A DNA stretch of 64,000 bases, from positions 15,895 through 79,894 of the forward strand of contig JACPSH010000001.1 of assembly GCA_016193395.1 (NCBI GenBank), in the 5' to 3' direction. Shown piece by piece: positions 41,404-50,204 of this stretch. This DNA is from Gammaproteobacteria bacterium. GTDB taxonomy: Bacteria; Pseudomonadota; Gammaproteobacteria; Eutrophobiales; Eutrophobiaceae. Position 1 is the first letter of the stretch, and each line of letters starts with the position of its first letter. A program made the position numbers and the translations under genes. The notes under the pieces were generated by a model. That model had not been told where the DNA came from, made no database searches, and worked only from the letters and a program-made list of their open reading frames with translations.

Positions 41404-42790
41404 CCGGTTCCGCCTCGACAATCTGCTGCTCTTCGAACGCAGGTTGCGTCGCGTGCACGAGGACGTCGTAGTACTTCTCTATTCGATCCACGAAGCGGAC
41501 CGGTTCCCAGCCGCGCGCATAGCCGTGCCGGGTCTGCTCGTACCAGTTTCTGTGACTGAGCAGTGGGAGGCGCTGGCGCACGTCCAGCCAGCGATCGGGG
41601 TCGCCGCCCTGTCTCTGCGTCAGGACCCGCGCGTCCTCGAGATGGCCAAAACCGACGTTGTAGGCGGCGAGCACGAACCAGGTCCGGTCCGGCTCGCCGA
41701 TGCGCGCCGGCATCTTCCTGTCGAGCTCCTTGAGATACATCGCACCGCCGCGCAGGCTCTGCAGGGGGTCCAGTCGATCTTTCACGCCCAGGAGGCGTGC
41801 CGTGTCGTTGGTGAGCATCATCAGGCCGCGCACGCCGGTGAATGAGCGCGCATCGACGTCCCAGTGCGATTCCTGGTAACTGATCGCGGCCAGCAGCCGC
41901 CAGTCCAGCCCGAATTCCGAGCCGGTCTGTTCGAACAGTCCGCGATAGGGCGGCAGCCGCTCCGTCATGCGATCGACGAACTGGCGCGAATCGGCGTAAT
42001 CGAACGACTGCACCCTGCCATAGAAGCGGTCGATCAGGGCGGCCAGCTCGCCGTTCCCGTCGATGCGCTCGATGAACGCATCCGCGGCGCGAAGCAGGGA
42101 GAGATCCTTTGACTTGCGCGCCGCCCAGACCAGCGGTTGCGGCGGCGTCAGGTTGAGCGCCGCGCGGATCTCGGGCCGGATCTGGCGCGCATGCGCCAGT
42201 TCATTCGACGGCAGCACGGTGTAGGCGATGCGTCCTTCCTCGACCATGTCCATCAGATCGGCGCTGTCCAACCCCCTGTGGATGTACCAGGACAGGCCGG
42301 GGTGTCTGGCGCGGAGCTGCTCCAGCAACGCGATGGGGATCGTGCCTTCCGCGACGTGCAATTGATCCGGGGCGATCTCGTCGAGGTTTTTCGGGAGCCG
42401 GCCGCCGTTGCGGTACAGGACCTGCCAGGTGACCCAGTGGTAGCTGCGGCCTGCCGCGAGCGGACCGCCTGCGACGGAATCGCGGGTCAATCCCGCGGCG
42501 GCCAGATCGACCCGGCCGCTCAACACGGCGTCGACGATCTCCAGCGGGTTGTTCGCGACGATGACCCGCAGTTGCACGCCGAGGTTGCGCGCGAAGTTCC
42601 ACGCCATCTCGTATTCGATGCCGGTCTCGCCGTCGCGATCGATAAAATACGTGGTCGGGCCGTTGCGCGTGACGATACGCAACTCGCCGCGTTCGAGGAT
42701 CTGCTGGAGTTGCGACTTCGGGGGCGCGCATGCCGCCAGGAACAGACTGGCAAGGAGCGCCAGGGAATGAAGCGGCCGGGTCGATGACAT
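41384..42790 (-). CDS. mltF: membrane-bound lytic murein transglycosylase F
   Basis: The protein has a lipoprotein signal (LFLAAC). It has a PBP-like domain followed by an SLT domain (ISYQESHWD…GLMMLT…AYNVG). I set the start at MSSTRPLH. Confidence 0.8.
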   Translation of the reverse strand: MSSTRPLHSLALLASLFLAACAPPKSQLQQILERGELRIVTRNGPTTYFIDRDGETGIEYEMAWNFARNLGVQLRVIVANNPLEIVDAVLSGRVDLAAAGLTRDSVAGGPLAAGRSYHWVTWQVLYRNGGRLPKNLDEIAPDQLHVAEGTIPIALLEQLRARHPGLSWYIHRGLDSADLMDMVEEGRIAYTVLPSNELAHARQIRPEIRAALNLTPPQPLVWAARKSKDLSLLRAADAFIERIDGNGELAALIDRFYGRVQSFDYADSRQFVDRMTERLPPYRGLFEQTGSEFGLDWRLLAAISYQESHWDVDARSFTGVRGLMMLTNDTARLLGVKDRLDPLQSLRGGAMYLKELDRKMPARIGEPDRTWFVLAAYNVGFGHLEDARVLTQRQGGDPDRWLDVRQRLPLLSHRNWYEQTRHGYARGWEPVRFVDRIEKYYDVLVHATQPAFEEQQIVEAEPATQSLL

Positions 42791-42937
42791 CGGGATGGGT
42801 CCCCCGCTGTAGATGAGTTGCCGCCAGTGGAGAATACTCTCCTGTTTAGAACCCCCGGAAGCGGTTTTTCTGCGTGCGCTGAAAATCTCCCGATCTGTCA
42901 ACGGTTTCGGCCAACCGTTACAATGCGCGCCAGTCTC

Positions 42938-43106
42938 GGAGAGGTGCCAGAGCGGCTCATCATTAGGCGGTCTCGACAAATCGTCAGGATGGACGATTTG
43001 CACGGCCGCAGGCCGCCCGGAGGGCGAGCGACAGAGAAGTCGCGAGTGAAAACCGTTGTGCTCGCGGCGGACGCAGTCCGACGCGCTGTCGAGTGTGGCA
43101 GTACCC
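42938..43106 (+). other. tRNA-Ser-derived fragment (pseudo-tRNA)
   Basis: The first 19 nt, GGAGAGGTGCCAGAGCGGC, are identical to the 5' end of the intact tRNA. GGCGGTCTCGA with a CGA anticodon follows. A 9-bp hairpin (CAAATCGTC…GACGATTTG) is inserted right after the anticodon. GAAAACCGTTGTGC follows, and there is no T-arm or acceptor 3' end. Confidence 0.45.
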
Positions 43107-43196
<90 letters not shown>

Positions 43197-43240
43197 AAAT
43201 CAAAACGGGACCCGAAGTGGTCCCGTTTTGATTTTGAAGA
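43197..43240 (+). terminator. rho-independent terminator
   Basis: The hairpin AAAATCAAAACGGGACC cgaagt GGTCCCGTTTTGATTTT is followed by a T-rich tail. Confidence 0.6.
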
Positions 43241-43330
43241 TGAGCTGGGATTCGAACCCGAGTAGAGGATGACGAATCCCATTGCACAGGAGGTGCAGGT
43301 GCCGCGGCGGCCAGGGATGGCCGGGAGCGG

Positions 43331-43346
43331 CCTCCCTCTCCGCCAA
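43331..43346 (+). repeat. 16-bp direct repeat of the tRNA-Ser 3' end (att-like)
   Basis: CCTCCCTCTCCGCCAA is identical to tRNA positions 43183-43198. Between them, at 43251-43266, lies an inverted T-arm-like GGGATTCGAACCCGAG. Confidence 0.6.
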
Positions 43347-43510
43347 TTGTGATGAATAAATCTGCGTTTTTCGCTGGCCTATCCTCCTGAAGTATCCCCT
43401 GTTATAAAATTGCAAATGGACGTATCTCGTACCCCTATTTCGTGTTTCCGTTGCGCTCATACCCCATTCAGGGGACGACAAGCCATCTGGACGGCGGTAA
43501 GTTCCGGAAT

Positions 43511-43840
43511 ATGAATGCAGATCCGAAGAGAGTTGCAGCATGGCTTGTAATGATTGTCGTGCCTGTCGTTCTGGGTGTTGCCCTGATTATGGCGTTGGCA
43601 CGTATCCCCATTGAGACAGTCGTACGGATTGTTGAAAACCACTTCGCGGCGATTGTCGGATTGCCGGCCGCTGGCCTGGCCTCTGCGTTTGTAGTCATCG
43701 CCTTTGAGTATTCAAGTGGCCCGGTCAAGCTTAAGGGCGCGGGGTTTGAATTTGAGGGGGCAGCAGGGCAGGTGGTCCTTTGGGTATTGTGCTTCCTCTC
43801 TCTTGCCGGGACGATCCGGCTCGTTTGGAATATCGGATAG
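43511..43840 (+). CDS. small hypothetical membrane protein
   Basis: The 110-aa protein, starting at MNADPKR, has three predicted TM segments. It lies in an AT-richer region just downstream of the tRNA locus. Confidence 0.4.
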   Translation: MNADPKRVAAWLVMIVVPVVLGVALIMALARIPIETVVRIVENHFAAIVGLPAAGLASAFVVIAFEYSSGPVKLKGAGFEFEGAAGQVVLWVLCFLSLAGTIRLVWNIG

Positions 43841-43924
43841 GCCATTTGTCGTGGCGCCTTTCGCGATATTTCAGTTGAGAACCTTATAGGGTGGTGATGC
43901 GTGGTAAAGAATAGGCGGTGGGTT

Positions 43925-44794
43925 CTACCCCGTTTCCACGGACAGTTGAGTTAAGACTAATTGTCTCTGTTTGGCGGCCATAAGCTGGCGCCGCCGGCGC
44001 GGATTATGGAACCGCGCGATGTAATCGAAGACATCGGCTCGGGCTTCCGCCCGAGTCTGGTAAATGCGGCGATTGACCCGCTCGCGTTTCAGCAGGCCGA
44101 AGAACCCCTCCATGGCTGCGTTGTCCGCGCAACTGCCCACGGCGCTCATGCTGCACACCAGGTTATGGCCCTTGAGAAAGCGCTGGTACTCACTGCTCGT
44201 GAACTGGCAGCCGCGGTCTGAATGCAGCACCACTGTTGAGCGATCGTCCCGTTGCCACAACGCCATCAGCACCGCCTGCAACACCAGCTCCCGCGTCTGT
44301 CGCGGACCCATGGACCAGCCCACGATAATGCCGGTGCACAGGTCGAGGACAGCGCTCAGATACAGCCAGCCCTCCGCCGTTTCAATATAGGTGATGTCCG
44401 TCACCCATTTCCGGTTCGGTTCACCGGCGCTGAAGTCACGGTCCAGATGATTGGCGATGCCCATTGGCCGCTCGCCCGCGCCCTTCTTGCGCCAGCGCCG
44501 CTGCTGGGGAACACCCCGCAGACCGTGCGCTCGCATCAGTCGCGCCACCCGGTTCTTGCTGCAGTGAACCCCCGCATAGCTGAGGTCCTCCCAGATCCGG
44601 GGCGCGCCCATGACGCCATCACTCTCTTCGTGCAACTTCTTGATACGCCCCAGCAAGTCTTCGTTGAACCTGGCCCGGGCACTCGGCGGCCGTTCCCGCC
44701 AGCCGTAGTACCCGCTCGTAGAGACCCGCAGACACCGGCACATCAGGCGGATGGGGAAGGCTTCGCGGCAACACTCCAGCATGCGGTACTTCAC
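43925..44794 (-). CDS. IS3 transposase OrfB (DDE integrase core)
   Basis: The protein has rve-domain motifs (WVTDITYI…HSDRGCQF…). Confidence 0.85.
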   Translation of the reverse strand: MKYRMLECCREAFPIRLMCRCLRVSTSGYYGWRERPPSARARFNEDLLGRIKKLHEESDGVMGAPRIWEDLSYAGVHCSKNRVARLMRAHGLRGVPQQRRWRKKGAGERPMGIANHLDRDFSAGEPNRKWVTDITYIETAEGWLYLSAVLDLCTGIIVGWSMGPRQTRELVLQAVLMALWQRDDRSTVVLHSDRGCQFTSSEYQRFLKGHNLVCSMSAVGSCADNAAMEGFFGLLKRERVNRRIYQTRAEARADVFDYIARFHNPRRRRQLMAAKQRQLVLTQLSVETG

Positions 44795-45078
44795 TTCGAC
44801 GCTTTCGCGAAGAACGCCGCCGCTTCTTGCAAAAAATCCCGCTCCTTCCGCACCCGCGCCAGCTCACGCCTGAGATTCGCCAGCTCCTCGTCCCGGGCCT
44901 TCCCATGGCCTTGGAACGCCTCCTCTCCAGCGCCCGTCACTTCCCGGCACCAGCGGCTCAGCATGGTCGAGTTGATGCCCAGCTCCTGGGCCACCTGTCG
45001 GGCCGATACGCCGGGACTGCTCGCCAATTCCACCGCTTCCCGCTTGAACTCCGCAGAGTATTTCCTTCGTCTCGACAT
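44791..45078 (-). CDS. IS3 transposase OrfA (HTH)
   Basis: The protein begins MSRRRKYSAEFKREAVEL…. It has a leucine-zipper tail and overlaps orfB in the -1 frame. Confidence 0.85.
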   Translation of the reverse strand: MSRRRKYSAEFKREAVELASSPGVSARQVAQELGINSTMLSRWCREVTGAGEEAFQGHGKARDEELANLRRELARVRKERDFLQEAAAFFAKASK

Positions 45079-45150
45079 GACACACCTCCCGGGCCATTAT
45101 TGCCCTTTCGGATGTGTCCGCGAAATCGGGGTAGAACCCTGGGGGTGTGG

Positions 45151-45350
45151 TTAAGCGTAGGTGACAACCAGAAATGCTACGCATTTGCCACGTCCGATGT
45201 TCTCGATACAGTGACGTACATCCGCCCGATAGTGAGCGGAGAATCCCTTTTTCAGGATGCACTGCTCAGCATTTGAAGTGACACGCACGGATGAGCCTGT
45301 AATGAACAAAGATATTCGCGACCCAGCTGCTTTTTTCGAGTGGGCAGGAG
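45151..45350 (-). pseudogene. 3' fragment of an XRE-cupin regulator paralogue
   Basis: The fragment encodes …[45 protein letters not shown]. This is near-identical to the C-terminus of the regulator at 54267-54863, and the DNA identity includes AGGATGCACTGCTCAGCATTTGA. The N-terminal HTH part is absent. It lies 12 bp from the IS3 end. Confidence 0.55.
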
Positions 45351-45738
45351 CCCCAAGTGTGGGACAGGGACATGATGCGGTGCCCAGCCGGAGGACCAAT
45401 CCCCAGTAGCGAGGAGTGGCATTCACCTGGAAAACGCATCGTATCGCTCATCAAGGCAGCGGTTAAGGCTGCCGCTTCCTCACCGTTATCGAGTTCTTCC
45501 TTCATTTCAAGTGGCTGCAGACGGACAGAACATTGCGGGTCGGATCCCAAAGGCCCGATGGGCCGGTTCACCTCCGGGTAAGGGCGCTTCCGGGCAAAAA
45601 GTTGGAAGCCGAAATACTTCCGTTAATTCATGGGTTTATGCCATCGTATGGGTGGGCTTAAGAATCCTAATCACGGAAAAGGCCACCTCACTCGTCTATT
45701 AGGGCTAGGTTTACCCAAGAGCTAGATTCGAGGATCGC

Positions 45739-46311
45739 ATGGCGCGCGAGGACACGATCTACAGCGCTTTCCTATCATGGCGCGACTACCTCGCCCGCAT
45801 CGTCTCGCGCATCGTCCCGCCGCATGATATCGAGGACATAGTCCAGGAGACCTACGTCCGCGCCTGCCAGTTTCAGTCGAAACATGCGATCAAGTCGCCA
45901 AGCGCGTTCATGACCAAGATCGCACGAAATCTGGCCTTAGATTACGTCAAGCGCGCCGAGTGGCGCCTTACTTCTTCCATCGACGGCGATGCTGAGTCGC
46001 AGCTGGTCCAGATCCAGCAGCCGGCAGACGAGCCTTTTGACAAAGTCGCCTCGGGCGAAGAATTCGCACATTTCTGCGAGGCGGTGCGCCAGTTGCCGAT
46101 CCATTGCCGCAGGGTGTTCGTACTGAAGAAGGTCTACGGTCATTCCCAGCGGGATATCGCCCGGGAGTTGAACCTGAGTGAGAACACAGTCGAAAAACAC
46201 GTCGCACAGGGCATCAAGCACTGCACGCATTACATGCGCAAACGGTTGGGGACGGACAGGCGCGGCTCGCCCCTCAGACGACGGCCTGTCCTCCGGGAAG
46301 GAGGTCGATGA
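45739..46311 (+). CDS. ECF (sigma-70 family) sigma factor, FecI-like
   Basis: The protein has region 2 (IVQETYVRA) and region 4 (HSQRDIARELNLSENTVEKHV). Its stop overlaps the fecR-like start. Confidence 0.8.
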   Translation: MAREDTIYSAFLSWRDYLARIVSRIVPPHDIEDIVQETYVRACQFQSKHAIKSPSAFMTKIARNLALDYVKRAEWRLTSSIDGDAESQLVQIQQPADEPFDKVASGEEFAHFCEAVRQLPIHCRRVFVLKKVYGHSQRDIARELNLSENTVEKHVAQGIKHCTHYMRKRLGTDRRGSPLRRRPVLREGGR

Positions 46312-47423
46312 TGAGCAACGTTTATCAGATGCCCGAGCGCCGGTACCCCATTGATGAAGCCGGAGACTGGCTGGCCAAGCTCGACCGGGGGCTGAACGAG
46401 CAGGAGGAAGCAGCACTACGGGAATGGCTGGCTGCGGATCCAAGGAACCCGATGGCGCTGATGGAATCGGCGAGTGTATGGGACAAGATGGATTCGCTCT
46501 CGCGCCTGGCCGAGCTGTTCCCGCAGCCGGTGGCTCGCTCTGCTGATGCCACTGCGGCGTTTCCCGCCTCTTCGAGGGGAATGCTCATGAGGGTCGCATA
46601 CGCAATCGCAGCAACGGTCGTCATCGCTATGCTCGCGGGCTATTGGGCTGTCGCATACTACACGCCAGAATCAAGCATACCGGCCGTTGCCGAGGACACG
46701 AACGAGCGAATATTCCAAACCGCGGTCGGCGAGTATTCCACGGTTATGCTGGCGGACGGGTCGCAGGTGACTCTGAATACCAATAGCCTCGTCCGGGCAA
46801 GGTCCACGGCGCGTCGGCGTATGTTGTCCCTCGAACGCGGCGAAGTCTACGTCCAGGTCGCACACGACCCGTCGCGACCCTTTAGCGTTTGGGTCGGCGA
46901 CCGGCTTGTGGAGGCGGTGGGCACTGCCTTCAGCGTCGCGATTACCGAAGATCAGCGCATAGAGCTAATTGTCACGGAAGGCAAGGTTGTCGTCGGCCTA
47001 GCCGACAAGAAGCCAGCGAAGGCCCCAGAGAAATTCGAACGTGCTCCTGCGCCGCCGGAACCCGCTGGCGTGGCTAATTCGGCAGTTACGGTCTCCGCCG
47101 GCGAGCGGCTCGTGCTGGATGAGGATAGCGGCAAAGTTGAGGCCGTCGAGCCCGAGGAACTGGAGGTCCGGCTCTCTTGGCGCGGTGGCAACCTGGTCTT
47201 CCGCGGCGAGTCCCTGGCGGAGGCGCTCGCTGAAATCGAGCGCTACACCCGCGTGGAATTTGTCATTCAGGATGAAGCCCTGAAGAAAGTGCGAATCGTC
47301 GGTATGTTCAAGGCTGGCGACGTGGACGGCTTGTTGGCGACGCTCCGCCAGAACTTTGACATTGCATATCAGCGCGTGAGCGAAGAAAAAGTCATCCTGA
47401 CGAATAGCTCTGCGCATCCGTAA
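46308..47423 (+). CDS. FecR-like anti-sigma/sigma regulator
   Basis: The protein has an N-terminal cytoplasmic domain, one TM segment (VAYAIAATVVIAMLAGYW) and a periplasmic FecR domain (LADGSQVTLNTNSLV). Confidence 0.8.
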   Translation: MMSNVYQMPERRYPIDEAGDWLAKLDRGLNEQEEAALREWLAADPRNPMALMESASVWDKMDSLSRLAELFPQPVARSADATAAFPASSRGMLMRVAYAIAATVVIAMLAGYWAVAYYTPESSIPAVAEDTNERIFQTAVGEYSTVMLADGSQVTLNTNSLVRARSTARRRMLSLERGEVYVQVAHDPSRPFSVWVGDRLVEAVGTAFSVAITEDQRIELIVTEGKVVVGLADKKPAKAPEKFERAPAPPEPAGVANSAVTVSAGERLVLDEDSGKVEAVEPEELEVRLSWRGGNLVFRGESLAEALAEIERYTRVEFVIQDEALKKVRIVGMFKAGDVDGLLATLRQNFDIAYQRVSEEKVILTNSSAHP

Positions 47424-47519
47424 TTCTCACGAGGGCTGGTGAGCTGGCCATGCGATCATGCGACGGGCCAGTAGAACCGCTCCACCTTCGGCAGGGTACA
47501 AGGGGAAGGGGGTTGCGTA

Positions 47520-50159
47520 TTGAGGCCGTTGCCCTTTCAGTTCATTTTCGTCTCTCGGCGGAAACCAAGTCCTGATTCGTCTATCTATCCAGCGCGCAAA
47601 AGACGCGCTGTCGTGGGAAGTGATAGGGGACTTGTCCGATCCCTCGGTATCGGTTTGCTGTTGGCTGTCGCACAGCTCTCAGCGACGATGGCCAGGGCAG
47701 ATGATGCCGATCCAAGCGAGAAAGTCTCCTTCGATATCCCGCGGCAACGAGCGGACTTAGCGCTCATCGAATTCGCCAAGCAGGCGGATGTGACCTTCAT
47801 CTTCCCACTCGATGAGGCACAACGGAAGACATCCAATCGCGTTGTTGGGGATTACACCCGCGACGAGGCGATTCGCATCCTGCTCAAGGGCACGGGCTTG
47901 CGGCCGGAATTCGATGAGCATGGTGCTTTGGCAGTCCGCTCTAATCGTGATGCTGACACTACTAAGGGGAACGCCATGGGCAGAAGCGAGCGGAAAAGGT
48001 TCTCAGGCATCGCTGCAGCGATACTGTCTATATTCAGCAGCCAGGGTGTTGTTGGACAGGAAGCAGAAGCAAACCAAGGTTTGGGCACGGTCGAGGAGGT
48101 AATCGTTACCGCTCAGAAGCGAAGTGAAGACATTCAGGACGTCCCCGTACCCGTTACCGCTGTCGACGCAACCAGTCTTATCTCCAAGAATCAAGTTCGC
48201 CTCCAGGACTATTTCAGCAGCATCCCGGGACTGAATCTCACGACTGCCGACTTTAGCCGCGCCCAAGTATTGACGATTCGTGGACTTACCACTGGAGGAT
48301 ACTCGAATCCGACAGTCGGAATCACTGTGGACGATATACCCTATGGTTCATCGACCTCATGGGGGTTGGGTGTCGAGGCCCCAGACATCGATCCGAGCAT
48401 ACTGGATACGATCGAAGTCTTGCGTGGACCGCAAGGTACGCTGTACGGAGCCAACACCCTCGGCGGATTGCTCAAATACGTCACCATCGCCCCGTCAACG
48501 GATCTATTCACTGGTCGTTTGCAGGCGGGAGTTAGCAGCGTCAAGAACGGTGATGATGTCGGATACAGCATTCGTGGCGCGGCCAACTTGCCGATCAGCG
48601 ATTCTCTGGCTGTTCGTGCTAGTGGATTTACTCGAGGTGACTCGGGGTATGTAGACAATATTCGAAATGGAGATGAAGGTCTTAATCAGGTAGCTGTTAT
48701 TGGTGGACGGATCTCTGCATTGTGGCAACCATCTGAGTCTGTCTCGTTGCGTTTAAGCGCTATGGGTCAGGAAACGGATGCAGATGGAAACTCTGAGGAA
48801 TACCTCGCGGCAACTTTGGGGCGATTTGACCAGGACGCTGTGCCTGGAACAGGGCGATACAAGAAGACGGTCGAAACCTATGGAGCTAACCTCAACGTAA
48901 GGATTGGTAGCATCGATGTTACATCGCTAACAGGTTACAACATTAACTCGCTGAGAGACGATTGGATAGACTTCTCTCCCGCGTTTGGAGGGGCAGCCCT
49001 CGCCACATTTGGCGTCGCCGGCGCCCCGCTTGTCGAGGATATCGAGACAACCAAACTCACCCAGGAGGTTCGGATTTATGCACCGATCGGGGAGCACTTC
49101 GAGTGGTTGATTGGGGGTTTCTACACCGATGAGGAGAGCGACATCGTACAAGATGCGATGGCTGCAGATCCGGTGACAGGCTCGATCGTCGGTTCGCTAC
49201 TTCATTTGCCCTTTACCGCCACGTACGAGGAGATCGCGGCATTTACGAACCTGACGATTAACGTGACCGATCATTTCAATGTCCAGATAGGTGGGCGGTA
49301 CGGTACCAATGATCAAACATTCAATCTGAGCTTGAGCGGACCCCTAATCGGCGGGTCGACGATTGTACAGCCGGAAATCCAGACGGACGACAGCTCATTT
49401 ACGTACCTAGTTACGCCACAATATCGGTTTTCACAGGATGTCATGGTATACGGGAGATTTGCGTCGGGTTACAGACCCGGCGGACCGAACTCTACGATCG
49501 GCGCACCATCGAGCTTTGGGCCCGACACAACTCAAAACTACGAAATGGGCGCGAAGGGCAGTGTCTTTGATGACAAGCTAACCTTCGATGCATCGCTCTA
49601 CTATATCAATTGGAAGGACGTTCAAATCCACCTTGTGGAAGGCGGATTCGGGTATTTTGCAAATGCCGGTCGCGCTCGCAGCCGTGGCGTAGAACTTTCG
49701 TTCACGGCGATTCCGCGTACCGGTCTGACAGTTTCGGGATGGGGCTCGTGGAATGACGCGGAGCTAACGGAGGACTTCCCGAGTACCGCAGACGCCTTCG
49801 GAGAATCTGGAGATCGCCTGCCTGGGAGCACACGGTATTCCGCGAACCTGTCGATGGACCAGGAGCTTCCCTTGCCTAGCAACCTTATCGGGGTGATTGG
49901 TGCATCGATTAGCTACGTAGGCAAACGTTCGGGTTTGTTCGGACCCGTCAGCGCCCCACAAAGGCAGATCTATCCCGCCTATACGAATGTCGATGTGCGC
50001 GCAAGTGTGAAGTATGAGTCCTGGTCGGGAGATTTCTTTGTAACAAATGTGACTGACAAGCGCGGTGAGCTTGGAGGAGGACTAGTTACACTTCACCCGA
50101 CTGCGTTCACCTACATACAACCGCGAACGTTTGGTTTCTCATTGTCGAGGGACTTTTAG
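47520..50159 (+). CDS. TonB-dependent transducer (receptor with N-terminal STN signalling domain)
   Basis: The protein has a TTG start with an AAGGGGAAGGGGG Shine-Dalgarno sequence; a GTG at 47613 is an alternative. It has a signal peptide and an STN domain (FDIPRQRADLALIEFAKQADVTFIFP). A plug with a TonB box follows, then a 22-strand barrel ending …FSLSRDF. Confidence 0.8.
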   Translation: MRPLPFQFIFVSRRKPSPDSSIYPARKRRAVVGSDRGLVRSLGIGLLLAVAQLSATMARADDADPSEKVSFDIPRQRADLALIEFAKQADVTFIFPLDEAQRKTSNRVVGDYTRDEAIRILLKGTGLRPEFDEHGALAVRSNRDADTTKGNAMGRSERKRFSGIAAAILSIFSSQGVVGQEAEANQGLGTVEEVIVTAQKRSEDIQDVPVPVTAVDATSLISKNQVRLQDYFSSIPGLNLTTADFSRAQVLTIRGLTTGGYSNPTVGITVDDIPYGSSTSWGLGVEAPDIDPSILDTIEVLRGPQGTLYGANTLGGLLKYVTIAPSTDLFTGRLQAGVSSVKNGDDVGYSIRGAANLPISDSLAVRASGFTRGDSGYVDNIRNGDEGLNQVAVIGGRISALWQPSESVSLRLSAMGQETDADGNSEEYLAATLGRFDQDAVPGTGRYKKTVETYGANLNVRIGSIDVTSLTGYNINSLRDDWIDFSPAFGGAALATFGVAGAPLVEDIETTKLTQEVRIYAPIGEHFEWLIGGFYTDEESDIVQDAMAADPVTGSIVGSLLHLPFTATYEEIAAFTNLTINVTDHFNVQIGGRYGTNDQTFNLSLSGPLIGGSTIVQPEIQTDDSSFTYLVTPQYRFSQDVMVYGRFASGYRPGGPNSTIGAPSSFGPDTTQNYEMGAKGSVFDDKLTFDASLYYINWKDVQIHLVEGGFGYFANAGRARSRGVELSFTAIPRTGLTVSGWGSWNDAELTEDFPSTADAFGESGDRLPGSTRYSANLSMDQELPLPSNLIGVIGASISYVGKRSGLFGPVSAPQRQIYPAYTNVDVRASVKYESWSGDFFVTNVTDKRGELGGGLVTLHPTAFTYIQPRTFGFSLSRDF

Positions 50160-50204
50160 TATCGCAGACTTCAACGACGGCTTGACGTACGGCTAGGAAC
50201 CACT

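Larger units (their letters stand above)
43919..45139 (-). mobile_element. IS3-family insertion sequence
   Basis: The element is about 1.2 kb. Its terminal inverted repeats are TGGGTTCTACCCCGTTTCCACGGACAG and CGGGGTAGAACCC. It carries orfA (HTH) and a -1-frame-overlapping orfB (DDE). Confidence 0.8.

Noticed and set aside
42938-43106. Intron-containing tRNA-Ser (insertion exactly after anticodon nucleotide 37)
   Set aside because: The insert is only about 70 nt, too short for a group I intron. The downstream T-arm and acceptor 3' strand are missing. A complete tRNA-Ser follows immediately. A decayed partial duplicate is more parsimonious.
43251-43300. Second tRNA gene on the minus strand (GGGATTCGAACCCGAG T-arm-like)
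   Set aside because: Only a T-arm-like segment is present. No D-arm, anticodon arm or acceptor stem can be assembled. I treat it as a fragment.
45266-45571. 101-aa ORF on the minus strand beside the IS3 element
   Set aside because: It has no recognisable domain and no RBS. It overlaps the decayed regulator remnant and is probably non-coding.
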